Below are positions 1-8,370 of a DNA stretch of 64,000 bases, in pieces; within the stretch, counting starts at the first letter, position 1; the number at the start of each line of letters is the position of its first letter. Below the pieces are notes generated by a model. That model made no database searches, was not told the origin of the DNA, and saw only the letters and a list, made by a program, of their open reading frames with translations. The translations under genes and the position numbers were made by a program. Location of the stretch: the NCBI GenBank assembly GCA_030529625.1, contig JAUMWN010000002.1, positions 6,186-70,185 of the forward strand, written 5' to 3'. The stretch comes from Coriobacteriales bacterium (GTDB lineage: Bacteria > Actinomycetota > Coriobacteriia > Coriobacteriales > Atopobiaceae).

Positions 1-186
1 CCGGCACTCGCGGCCATGCGTGTGTGCCGCACGTTCAAGTCGGTTACCATCTGCTCCTCGGCAATCGCCGTGACGTGCGCGCTGTTGGGCATGTGCATCT
101 CCATGCTCACCAACACGCCCGTGGGCTCCACCATCGTGGTGCTCGACGCGGTCGCCTTTGCCCTGTTTGCCTTCATTGGACGCTAA
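1..186 (+). CDS. C-terminal end of a metal ABC transporter permease (ABC-3/ZnuB-like), 5' end outside the window
   Basis: Frame 1 reads ...LGMCISMLTNTPVGSTIVVLDAVAFALFAFIGR* with TAA at 184-186. This hydrophobic C-terminus is typical of ABC-3 permeases. It is not in the ORF track because it has no start in the window. Confidence 0.55.
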   Translation, partial: PALAAMRVCRTFKSVTICSSAIAVTCALLGMCISMLTNTPVGSTIVVLDAVAFALFAFIGR

Positions 187-214
187 GGCACACGGCTGCT
201 TTCGTCTTTCGTGC

Positions 215-281
215 GTGTCCGTTTGGGAAGAACCTATGAGACACGTACGTGTCTCATAGGTACCTCTTCCCAAACGGACAC
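215..281. repeat. Palindromic element, family GTGTCC-N4-GGGAAGAGG, between convergent genes; likely a bidirectional terminator
   Basis: GTGTCCGTTTGGGAAGA...TCTTCCCAAACGGACAC arms enclose an inner palindrome, ACCTATGAGACACGTACGTGTCTCATAGGT. Related copies lie at 8243-8344 and 39815-39917. Confidence 0.65.
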
Positions 282-295
282 GGTCTGGCGCGTAA

Positions 296-2332
296 TTACA
301 GTTCGGCGCGCAGGTCGTCCAGCAGCGGGCCGCCCTCGCCGCGACGCCAGTACATCCAGCCGCTCTGCCCCGCGGGCGTGGCGCCCTGCGAGGTGAGGAA
401 CCGCTCGTAGGCCGCGGTGGGATCCTCGAACATCTCGCCGTTGGCCAGCATAATCTTGCCCGTTGAGGTAACGGTCGCCTTGCCCGGGTGCATGGGGCTC
501 ACGCTCACCAGCGCGTCGTCCATCTCCACGAGACCCGCCTGGAACAGGTCGGCAAAGCTCACGTCCTTGGTTGCCGCCGCACGTTTGGACAGGCGATACG
601 CACGACCCGCCCCCTCGGGCAGCTGCGGGATAGCCCAGATCTGGAGCGCCAGCGACGCCAGGCGCTCAGTGCGGTCCCGCATGTGCTCGGGCGTCCAGGC
701 GTCCTCATCAAGCACGCTGGCGCTCAGGGCAAGGCCGTCTGCGGCCAGGCGCTCGCGCTTTTGCACAAAGTCGCCCTCCTGCAGGTCGAAGCCGGCCGAG
801 GTGAGCGAGAGGTTACCCAGGCAGTTGATGCCGTCCTCAAAGGAGCGCTCGGGCGAGGCACCCAGCATGGCCACCCACGACGCGTCGTCAAGTGCGCCCA
901 TGGGCATGATGTGCTCGATTGTCCAGTCGCGAGGCTCCATGCGCGCGCCGTCGCGCAGGTGCTCCTCGATGCGTGCCAAAAGGAAGCGCCCGCCGGCAAA
1001 GTTTGCCATGTCCCGGCGCGTGAGGGCGTGCACGAACTCCGCGTCGTTGGGGAACCGCCGTGCTGTGCCGGCCTCGTTGAGCAGCATCGCGTTGAGGGCC
1101 TCCACCACGTCGCCCTCCTCGGCGCGTACGGCATCGATGCGCGCGATGAGCGACGAGAAGAACGGCGCGAGCGTGCTGCCCGCGCAGTCACACACGGCCC
1201 GCCGCAGCAGGTAGCTCTCAAGTGCGGCCACCAGCTCCAGGAACTGGGCACGCGAGAACTCCTTGTGCTCGTAACCGTCATACAGGGCCACCAGCAGCGG
1301 ACGCACCGAGGGCTCTCCCAGCTGGTCGATGCGCACGAAGGCGCGCCCCAGCTCCACGTCGTCCACCTCGCCGTTTACCACCGCGGCGTAGTAGCGCGCG
1401 AAGCGCTTTATCTTGAGGCTCAGGTTCTTCATGCGGTCGTTCTTGTGGTAGCTGTTAAACAGCACGTAGCGCTTAAACGCCTGGTACACGTCCACCTTGG
1501 CCATGGACGTGGGCGCGTGCATGATGGTGAGGTAGCTGCGCAGGAAGTCGTCGAACGCCGCGTCAAAGCGCTCCACGCCCAGAATCTGCTCGATGGGCTG
1601 CCAGTAGGTGCGGTACAGCGCCGGCTGCTCCTCCAGCGAGTAGCTCATCAGCACGAAGTTGCGCACCAGGTCGGCGTTGGACAGGTCCTTGCCCGTCGCG
1701 TTCATGGACTCAAAGATGAGCTGCGGGTCGTCCTTGCCCTGCGAGAGCGCGATTGCCACGACCTCCAGCTGGTGCAGGCCCGCCCACACGGCCGCCACGT
1801 CGTCCAGCGCCTCCACGCGCCTGTCGAAGTACGCCAGGTTGCTCGCCAGCCGCGTGGTCGGGTCAAGCTCGGGCGTCTCGCCACGGCCCAGGGCGTCGAT
1901 CACCGCGCGATACGCCTCGCGGTCCGTCTTGGACAGCGTGAGCTTGTAGTAGTCGTCGCCCGTGCGAAAGCGGTTGGTGAGGTAGCCGCTCACCAGGATC
2001 TCCTTTGCCGAGAAGGGCAGCTCGCGCTCGGGGTGACGCTGGGCAAAACGCGCAAGGGCCACCAGCAAAAGCGATATGGTGGTAATGCGCTGCTGGCCGT
2101 CAATGAGCAACAGCGGCGCCACGCCCTCGCCCGACACGGAGCCGTCCTGGATGGTGACGATCGACCCGGTAAAGTGCACCGTGGACCTGCCCCTGCCCGT
2201 GGCCAGGATGTCGTCCCACAGCTGCGCGCACTGGGCCTCTCCCCACGAGTAGGGACGCTGATACACCGGAACCACAAAGCGCACGTTCATCTCGCTGATA
2301 AGACCGCAGATCTTGCGGGAATTGGCATCCAT
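296..2332 (-). CDS. DUF262/DUF1524 (GmrSD-like, ParB-type NTPase plus HNH-like nuclease) protein with an extra C-terminal domain
   Basis: ATG at 2332 is preceded by GGAGG. It has the motifs PVYQRPYSW and IDGQQR (DUF262) and the WTIEHIMP...GNLSL His-Me finger (DUF1524). The C-terminal ~110 aa end in GWMYWRR and resemble DUF4357/RAMA. Residues upstream of 2332 in the 1012-aa ORF are antisense to the binding-protein gene. Confidence 0.8.
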   Translation of the reverse strand: MDANSRKICGLISEMNVRFVVPVYQRPYSWGEAQCAQLWDDILATGRGRSTVHFTGSIVTIQDGSVSGEGVAPLLLIDGQQRITTISLLLVALARFAQRHPERELPFSAKEILVSGYLTNRFRTGDDYYKLTLSKTDREAYRAVIDALGRGETPELDPTTRLASNLAYFDRRVEALDDVAAVWAGLHQLEVVAIALSQGKDDPQLIFESMNATGKDLSNADLVRNFVLMSYSLEEQPALYRTYWQPIEQILGVERFDAAFDDFLRSYLTIMHAPTSMAKVDVYQAFKRYVLFNSYHKNDRMKNLSLKIKRFARYYAAVVNGEVDDVELGRAFVRIDQLGEPSVRPLLVALYDGYEHKEFSRAQFLELVAALESYLLRRAVCDCAGSTLAPFFSSLIARIDAVRAEEGDVVEALNAMLLNEAGTARRFPNDAEFVHALTRRDMANFAGGRFLLARIEEHLRDGARMEPRDWTIEHIMPMGALDDASWVAMLGASPERSFEDGINCLGNLSLTSAGFDLQEGDFVQKRERLAADGLALSASVLDEDAWTPEHMRDRTERLASLALQIWAIPQLPEGAGRAYRLSKRAAATKDVSFADLFQAGLVEMDDALVSVSPMHPGKATVTSTGKIMLANGEMFEDPTAAYERFLTSQGATPAGQSGWMYWRRGEGGPLLDDLRAEL

Positions 2333-2512
2333 GCTGCCTCCAATCCACGTACGGGCATCACCAAGAGCATACCGCAAAGTGGGGAGGGCGCTGCCAACCC
2401 GACCGCCAAACGTAAACCATCGGTTAAGGCTTTTGTTGCGAGAATCGCACACCTTGACGGCATCGCTAGGATTAGGCATCGGTATGGTTATCCACAAACA
2501 AGGGAGAACATC

Positions 2513-3325
2513 ATGAAGCTTCGTCAGTTTGGTGCCGCTCTTGGCGGAATGCTGCTCGCAGCATCGCTCGTTGCCTGCGGCGGATCGCAGAGTAGCGACA
2601 CGGCAACCACCCAGAGTGCCGACTCCACCGAGCCCGCCAAGTACAAGATCGAGACCGACGTGGCCTTCGCTCCGTTTGAGTACCTGGGCAAGAGCAACGA
2701 GTACGAGGGCATCGACGTGGACCTGCTCGCGGCCATCGCCAAGGACCAGGGCTTTGAGTACGAGCTCGACCCCGTGGGCTTTGACGCGGCGCTCCAAAAC
2801 GTGCAGTCCGGCCAGGCCGACGGCGTAATCGCCGGCGCGAGCATCACCGAGGAGCGCAAGGAGGTCTTTGACTTCTCCGATCCCTACTACGACTCCACCG
2901 TATGCTGCGCCGTCAAGGCCGACAGCAACATCAAGAGCTTTGAGGACCTCAAGGACAAGAACGTCGCCACCAAGACCGGCACCATGAGCGCCAAGTGGGC
3001 CGAGAGCCTCAAGGACCAGTACAACTTTACCACCACCGAGTTCAAGGACTCCGACATCATGTACCAGGACGTGACCTCCGGCAACTCCGTCGCCTGCTTC
3101 GAGGACACGCCCGTTATGAAGTACGCCATCAGCACCGGCAGCGTTGACCTCTCCGTGATTGAGGAGGCCGACGCCAAGAGCGAGTGGGCCACCCCGTATG
3201 GCTTCGCCGTAAAGAAGGGCCAGAACGCCGAGCTTCTCAAGAAGTTCAACGACGGCCTTGCCAACATCAAGAAGAACGGCACGTACGACGAGATCGTCAA
3301 CAAGTACGTGAAGGCCGACAAGTAA
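2513..3325 (+). CDS. Amino-acid ABC transporter substrate-binding lipoprotein
   Basis: MKLRQFGAALGGMLLAASLVACGG is a lipobox signal. The family-3 SBP body includes DVAFAPFEY and GFDAALQNVQSGQADGVIAG. It is followed by permease and ATPase genes. Confidence 0.9.
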   Translation: MKLRQFGAALGGMLLAASLVACGGSQSSDTATTQSADSTEPAKYKIETDVAFAPFEYLGKSNEYEGIDVDLLAAIAKDQGFEYELDPVGFDAALQNVQSGQADGVIAGASITEERKEVFDFSDPYYDSTVCCAVKADSNIKSFEDLKDKNVATKTGTMSAKWAESLKDQYNFTTTEFKDSDIMYQDVTSGNSVACFEDTPVMKYAISTGSVDLSVIEEADAKSEWATPYGFAVKKGQNAELLKKFNDGLANIKKNGTYDEIVNKYVKADK

Positions 3326-3342
3326 GTAGCGCATGTACCTGC

Positions 3343-3427
3343 GTCTCCGAGCGCGTCGCGCACGCGCTCGGAGACGATGCGAAGCCGCTTTTGCGCAGGG
3401 CGCCTAAAACGGCTTCGCATCGTCTCC
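3343..3427 (+). promoter_or_regulatory. Intercistronic mutually exclusive hairpins between the SBP and permease genes
   Basis: Stem A pairs 3343-3355 with 3363-3375 (13 bp). Stem B pairs 3370-3387 with 3410-3427 (18 bp). Both need GGAGAC at 3370-3375. Confidence 0.5.
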
Positions 3428-3455
3428 GGGAACGACGAAGAGAAAAGGATCTCGC

Positions 3456-4115
3456 ATGACGGATTTCCTCGAACTGCTCCAAGAGTCGATGCCGTTGCTT
3501 CTCAACGGCTTGGTACTCACCCTAGAGCTGTCCGCTGTCTCGTTGGTGATCGCCATGGTGCTGGGCATCCTGGCCTCGCTCATGGGCATGGCCAAAAACC
3601 CCGTGCTGCGTGGCATCAACCGCGTGTACGTGGCCATCATCCGCGGCACGCCGCTGCTGGTACAGGGATTCTTCATTTACTTTGGCATTACCGGCCTGCT
3701 CAACATTCGCATCTCGGCGTTTATGGCGGGCGTGATTGCCCTCTCGCTTAACGCGGGAGGCTACCTCTCGGAGATCTTCCGCGGCGGCATCCAGGCCGTG
3801 GATCCCGGGCAGCGCGAGGCGGCTCGAAGCCTGGGCCTGTCCGCACGCCAGACCACGTGGCGCATCATCATTCCGCAGGCCATTCGCATCTGCATTCCCT
3901 CGGTGGTCAACCAGTGGTGCATCACCATTAAGGACACCTCCATCATCAGCGTCATTGGCCTTGCCGAGCTCACCAAGGTGGGCCAGCAGATCATCGCGCG
4001 CACATACCGCTCCTTTGAGGTGTGGATCATCGTGGGCATTATGTACTTCATAATTATTTACCTGCTCACCATTCTTGCACGCTACGTCGAGAGGAAGGTG
4101 TCACTCGATGGCTAA
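3456..4115 (+). CDS. Amino-acid ABC transporter permease (His/Glu/Gln/Arg family)
   Basis: 219 aa with the EAARSLG-type EAA loop ([24 protein letters not shown]) and multiple TM segments. Confidence 0.9.
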   Translation: MTDFLELLQESMPLLLNGLVLTLELSAVSLVIAMVLGILASLMGMAKNPVLRGINRVYVAIIRGTPLLVQGFFIYFGITGLLNIRISAFMAGVIALSLNAGGYLSEIFRGGIQAVDPGQREAARSLGLSARQTTWRIIIPQAIRICIPSVVNQWCITIKDTSIISVIGLAELTKVGQQIIARTYRSFEVWIIVGIMYFIIIYLLTILARYVERKVSLDG

Positions 4116-4845
4116 GGTAGAGATTCGCGGCCTGCACAAGTACTTTGGCAAGAACGAGGTCCTCAAGGGCATCGACTGCGACATCCAAGCCGGCGAGGTC
4201 GTGTGTGTGATTGGTCCCTCGGGATCGGGCAAGTCCACGTTCCTGCGCTGCATCAACTGCCTGGAGGAGCCCACGAGCGGCACCGTGATGGTTGATGGCA
4301 ACCTCATGGATGCCGATGCCAAGAACATCGACGAGCTGCGCGAGGACGTAGGCATGGTGTTCCAGCAGTTCAACCTCTTCCCACACCTCTCGGTTATGGA
4401 GAACATCACCATCGCGCCGGTGCTGCGCAAGAAGATGAGCAAGGAGGAGGCCGAGCGCGTAGGCCTGGAGCTGCTTGAGCGCGTGGGCCTGGCCGACAAG
4501 GCAAACGCCATGCCCAACAGCCTGTCGGGCGGACAAAAGCAGCGCGTGGCCATTGCCCGTGCGCTTGCCATGCATCCCGGCCTCATGCTCTTTGACGAGC
4601 CCACCAGCGCACTGGACCCCGAGATGGTTGGCGAGGTACTCGACGTTATGCGTCAGCTCGCCGAGGAGGGCATGACCATGGTGGTGGTCACCCACGAGAT
4701 GGGCTTTGCGCGTCAGGTCTCCAGCCGCGTGCTGTTTATTGACGAGGGCGTGATTGCCGAGGAGGGCACGCCCGACCAGGTGTTTGGCAACCCGCAGAAC
4801 CCCCGCACCCAGAGCTTCCTCAACAAGGTCCTCGAGGCCTCGTAA
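4108..4845 (+). CDS. Amino-acid ABC transporter ATP-binding protein
   Basis: [14 protein letters not shown] start overlaps the permease stop. It has Walker [10 protein letters not shown], signature [15 protein letters not shown] and Walker [13 protein letters not shown]. Confidence 0.9.
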   Translation: MAKVEIRGLHKYFGKNEVLKGIDCDIQAGEVVCVIGPSGSGKSTFLRCINCLEEPTSGTVMVDGNLMDADAKNIDELREDVGMVFQQFNLFPHLSVMENITIAPVLRKKMSKEEAERVGLELLERVGLADKANAMPNSLSGGQKQRVAIARALAMHPGLMLFDEPTSALDPEMVGEVLDVMRQLAEEGMTMVVVTHEMGFARQVSSRVLFIDEGVIAEEGTPDQVFGNPQNPRTQSFLNKVLEAS

Positions 4846-4868
4846 CCCAGCGAATTCACCGTAAGGAT

Positions 4869-4937
4869 GTACTCGGGGGACAGTCCCCTGTGTTTAGGGG
4901 ACTGTCCCCTAAACACAGGGGACTGTCCCCCGAGTAC
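4869..4937. repeat. REP-like palindromic repeat, family GGGGACAGTCCCC (three units)
   Basis: GTACTCGGGGGACAGTCCCCTGTGTTTAGGGGACTGTCCCCTAAACACAGGGGACTGTCCCCCGAGTAC. The same family recurs at 14208, 28992, 31261, 34110 and 59590/61351. Confidence 0.85.
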
Positions 4938-4940
4938 AAC

Positions 4941-5945
4941 TTACAGCAAAGGGCCCAGGATGGGCACGTGGCGAAGCAAGCGCGTGGTTAGCGCGGAGGC
5001 GGCAAGCACCACCGCAAAGAACACCGCCTCGAAGAGGACGGGCGGCCACAACAGCGCGTCCACGTAGCGCAGCACCAGGTGGATGAAGATGGGGTGCAGC
5101 AGGTAGATGCCAAAGCTGTCCTGGGCAAGGGCGTTTGCCAGAGAGCGCTCCTTTAGTGGCTCGTCGCCGCAAATCCTGCGCACCACGAGCAGGATGCTTG
5201 CCCCGTAGATGCTCGCAAAGCAGCTCTCGTGCATGTACACAAAGCACTGGCTGCCCCAGCCCACCGCAAGGCCCCAGGTGCTCACGCCAAGCATTGCCGC
5301 CAGCGCGGCCGCCCCTGCCGCCACAGACCACGCCGAGCAGTGCTTGTCTCGGAGCCAGTCGCCAATGAGCACGTTGACCAGGCCCACGACCACGCCCCAC
5401 CACACGCTGCTGCGCCAGCTTCCGTACTGTCCCGGCCAGGCAAGCAAGCCCCAGATTGCCCCCAGGTCCAAGAGCGTGGGCACCACCATGGTGACCACGA
5501 ACAGCACAAGCGCCAGCGCATGCACGCCACGGCTGCCAACCTTGCTGCGCAGAAGCTCAACAAGGGGAATGAGCAGATACACGAACATGAGCGCGTACAC
5601 GTACCACAGATGATCCCAGCTCCGTGCCGTGAGCACGTCGACGACGGCGTCGATTGCCACACCAATGCCCAGCGGCATGCCCTCATCCAGGTAGTACAGC
5701 GTCTCCTCAACCAGGGAGAAGGCCACGCCCAGCATGAGTAGGACCAACGCCATGCGCCATGCATGGCGTCCTGCCCTGCGCCACCCAAACGGCCGCGAGG
5801 GGTCGAGTGCCAGATACCCCGAGACCATAAAGAAGGCAGGCACCGCCCATCTGCCACAGACGATGCCACCCAGTATGTAGACGCTTTTGCGCGTGGCGTC
5901 TATGTCGGTCGTCTGATATGTGCTCACCGTTACGTGCAGCAACAC
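4941..5945 (-). CDS. Acyltransferase family 3 (OafA/YrhL-like) membrane protein, start uncertain
   Basis: Multi-TM protein with VPAFFMVSGYLA. The conserved N-terminal motif KRIGWIDLVRALGACAI is encoded in frame upstream of the first canonical start (GTG at 5945). Confidence 0.75.
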   Translation of the reverse strand: MLLHVTVSTYQTTDIDATRKSVYILGGIVCGRWAVPAFFMVSGYLALDPSRPFGWRRAGRHAWRMALVLLMLGVAFSLVEETLYYLDEGMPLGIGVAIDAVVDVLTARSWDHLWYVYALMFVYLLIPLVELLRSKVGSRGVHALALVLFVVTMVVPTLLDLGAIWGLLAWPGQYGSWRSSVWWGVVVGLVNVLIGDWLRDKHCSAWSVAAGAAALAAMLGVSTWGLAVGWGSQCFVYMHESCFASIYGASILLVVRRICGDEPLKERSLANALAQDSFGIYLLHPIFIHLVLRYVDALLWPPVLFEAVFFAVVLAASALTTRLLRHVPILGPLL

Positions 5946-6007
5946 GATGGCGCACGCACCCAGGGCACGTACCAGATCGATCCAACCAATGCGCTTTGAC
6001 GAAGCGG

Positions 6008-6550
6008 CTATTCTTGTGCCTCTTCCTTGGCCGTCTCCTCAGCTGCCTGGTCTTGCTCCTCCTCGGGCAGCTCGCCACGGCGACGGTTGCGCTCGCGAAT
6101 CTCGTCGGGCGTGAGCACGTCCTCAATGCGCAGGTTGACGCCAGCAATCTCCAGGCCCGTCATGCCTGTTACCTGGTCTACGACGACCTTCTTTACGTCG
6201 TCGAACACCTGCGGCGCATAGGAGCCGTACTCCATAAAGATGGCGATGTTCACGCGCACCGAGCTCTCGGGGGTAACCTCAACCGTCACGCCCTTGCGAA
6301 TGTCGCGGGCGCCAAACGCGTCCTGCACGCGGTTCACAAAGCTGCCCTTCATGCCCACCACGCCGGGCACCTCACGCACGGCGATGGCCACGATCTTCTC
6401 GATAACCCCGTTGGAGAAGGTAAGCGAGTCCTCACTTGCCAGATCCTCCTCCGAGTCGGCAGTGGCAACGATGTCCTTCGTCTCCTCGTCGGTGGCAAGC
6501 GTCGCGGTGACCTCGACCTTCTCCACCTGCTCGTTGGCGTTGTTGCTCAT
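6008..6550 (-). CDS. asp23: Asp23/Gls24 family envelope stress protein
   Basis: MSNNANEQ start follows AGGAGCGG. It has the FSNGVIEKIVAIAVREVPGVVGM and GLEIAGVNLRIEDV motifs. Confidence 0.85.
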   Translation of the reverse strand: MSNNANEQVEKVEVTATLATDEETKDIVATADSEEDLASEDSLTFSNGVIEKIVAIAVREVPGVVGMKGSFVNRVQDAFGARDIRKGVTVEVTPESSVRVNIAIFMEYGSYAPQVFDDVKKVVVDQVTGMTGLEIAGVNLRIEDVLTPDEIRERNRRRGELPEEEQDQAAEETAKEEAQE

Positions 6551-6607
6551 AACCGCTCCTTTCACAATCAATCGCGTTGCTACCACAACACAATACCAAA
6601 CTACGGA

Positions 6608-7333
6608 CTAGCGTTGTTCTCGCTCGTTGGAGAACAGGTTGCGAATCGCTCGAATAATCTTGGGATCCCCGTCAAAGATCTGTCCCACGGCGATGCCCAC
6701 TACAATGAGCACGCACACAAACAGCATGCGCACGAACCCAAAGGCAAATACCAAAAGCGCCAGCACGATTGCCACGATCGCGCCATAGAACGCGTACTCG
6801 TGGCCCGGAAACGTACGATGCACCCATCCGGAGGCGGCACGCTTGGCATCCTTAAACGTTGGTCCCTGCGATGTGCCCTTGGCCTGGGTGTCCTGGTTGG
6901 CCTGCGACTGGCCCCCAGTCTGCGTGTTGGCCTGCTGCCGTGCCTCCGGCTCCTCCCACTCGTAGGTGGCGGTGTCCTTTGCGTACTCCTGCGCGGTGGG
7001 TTCGTCTGGGTCCTGAGCAGCGTCGGGCGTGTCGTTTGAGACCACAATCGTGGGACGAGGGGCCTTGGCCTGGGATGCGGGGGGCTTTTGGGCTGGCGCC
7101 TTGGGTGCGGGTGCGGGTGCGGGCGCGGGCTCGGCCTTTGGTGCGGCCTCAACCCTGGGCGCAGGCACCTTGGGTGCGGGCTTGGCCTCTGCCTTGGGCG
7201 CGGCTTCTACCTTGGGCTTGACTTGCGGCGCGGTGGACACGGAAGGCTCGGCGGACTCAGGCTGTGAGGTGGTGCTTGATGCCTCGATCTTCATGCGAGG
7301 GCCCTTGCCCTTTCCTACGGTGCTGCTTGCCAT
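6608..7333 (-). CDS. DUF2273-type small membrane domain protein with a long Pro/Ala/Lys-rich N-terminal extension
   Basis: The C-terminal segment is YAFYGAIVAIVLALLVFAFGFVRMLFVCVLIVVGIAVGQIFDG. It lies between the amaP-like and asp23 genes. GGAGG precedes the ATG at 7333. Confidence 0.7.
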   Translation of the reverse strand: MASSTVGKGKGPRMKIEASSTTSQPESAEPSVSTAPQVKPKVEAAPKAEAKPAPKVPAPRVEAAPKAEPAPAPAPAPKAPAQKPPASQAKAPRPTIVVSNDTPDAAQDPDEPTAQEYAKDTATYEWEEPEARQQANTQTGGQSQANQDTQAKGTSQGPTFKDAKRAASGWVHRTFPGHEYAFYGAIVAIVLALLVFAFGFVRMLFVCVLIVVGIAVGQIFDGDPKIIRAIRNLFSNEREQR

Positions 7334-7336
7334 GCG

Positions 7337-8134
7337 CTACACCTCCTCCACGACGTCGAGCGAAAGCGTGGCCTGCTCGTCCTGCGCAGCTTCGGGCGTC
7401 TCTTCGGCCTGCACGGCCTCGGACTCAGTGGACGCCTGCTCTGCTTCGTCATCGTCTTCCTGGACATGCTCGGGGGCCGCGACCTTGGTCGCTTCATCGA
7501 CACTTGTGTCTGCAGACGAGGCCATGGGGACGGTGATGTCGCCCGTTGCGGGGACGGGTGGCTGCTCCTCATGCGCGGCCTGTTCGCTGGCAGTCTCCAC
7601 GTGGATGAGAGAGTCATCCATTTGCTCGGGCTCGGTGAACACTACGTCGATGGACTGCACCGAGTCGCCGCACACGTGCGAGAGGCCCTCTGCAAGCAGT
7701 GCATAGAGCTCCTCGCCACGCTGAATCACGTCTATGGGCCTGCGCGGCCTCACGCGCACAAACACGCGCACATGACCGCGCTTGCGCGCCCGCACCGAGA
7801 CGGACGCGGCAACGCAGGTGCCATCCGACTCAACGATGTGCTTGGCCTGGGAGGCGATGGCTGCGCGAGAGACGGTAATCTGCCCGCCAGGAACCTCGGC
7901 CACCACGGTCTCCCTGGGGTTGCGCGGCGTAAAGAGCGACATGAGCACACAAATGAGCGAACCCGCTCCCGAGATGCACACCAGAACCTCGAGCGTAATA
8001 AAGAACCACCTCAGCTCGAGCATACTGCGAAAGCGCGGGGTCCATGGGCCAACCCATGTGAGCGAGAGGGCCCCAAGCGCGAGGATGCAGGAGATTCCAA
8101 ATACGAAAAGGCATAGTCTTTTGAACCAACTCAT
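7337..8134 (-). CDS. amaP: Alkaline shock response membrane anchor protein AmaP-like
   Basis: MSWFKRLCLFVFGISCILALGALS N-terminal TM segments. It is the first gene of the asp23 operon and has an acidic C-terminal tail. Confidence 0.7.
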   Translation of the reverse strand: MSWFKRLCLFVFGISCILALGALSLTWVGPWTPRFRSMLELRWFFITLEVLVCISGAGSLICVLMSLFTPRNPRETVVAEVPGGQITVSRAAIASQAKHIVESDGTCVAASVSVRARKRGHVRVFVRVRPRRPIDVIQRGEELYALLAEGLSHVCGDSVQSIDVVFTEPEQMDDSLIHVETASEQAAHEEQPPVPATGDITVPMASSADTSVDEATKVAAPEHVQEDDDEAEQASTESEAVQAEETPEAAQDEQATLSLDVVEEV

Positions 8135-8242
8135 ACGCCTGTCACCTTCCCCGTCCAAGGGCGGCACTCCCGCCGCCCACAGAATCAAGGATACCCTTAC
8201 TCAGGCGTTCCATACAGCCCAAATCGGATAAGCGTGAAGCGT

Positions 8243-8344
8243 GTGTCCGCTAGGGAAGAGGTGCCGTTGGGACACGTCCGGCAACCGTTGCGCGACGGGG
8301 TGCTCGGCCTAGTGTCCCGAAGGCACCTCTTCCCTAGCGGACAC
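8243..8344. repeat. Palindromic element, family GTGTCC-N4-GGGAAGAGG (23-bp perfect arms)
   Basis: GTGTCCGCTAGGGAAGAGGTGCC (8243-8265) pairs with GGCACCTCTTCCCTAGCGGACAC (8322-8344). The inner part contains GGGACAC...GTGTCCC. Confidence 0.75.
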
Positions 8345-8370
8345 GTACAACAGATAAGCTGCCGTATGCC

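Noticed and set aside
2333-3334. N-terminal 334 residues of the 1012-aa minus-strand ORF, and likewise the first about 675 residues of the 945-aa plus-strand ORF 488-3325
   Set aside because: These parts are exactly antisense to well-supported genes (the SBP gene and the DUF262 gene). They have low-complexity G/A/V/L-rich translations typical of high-GC shadow frames. Good internal starts with RBS exist at 2332 and 2513.
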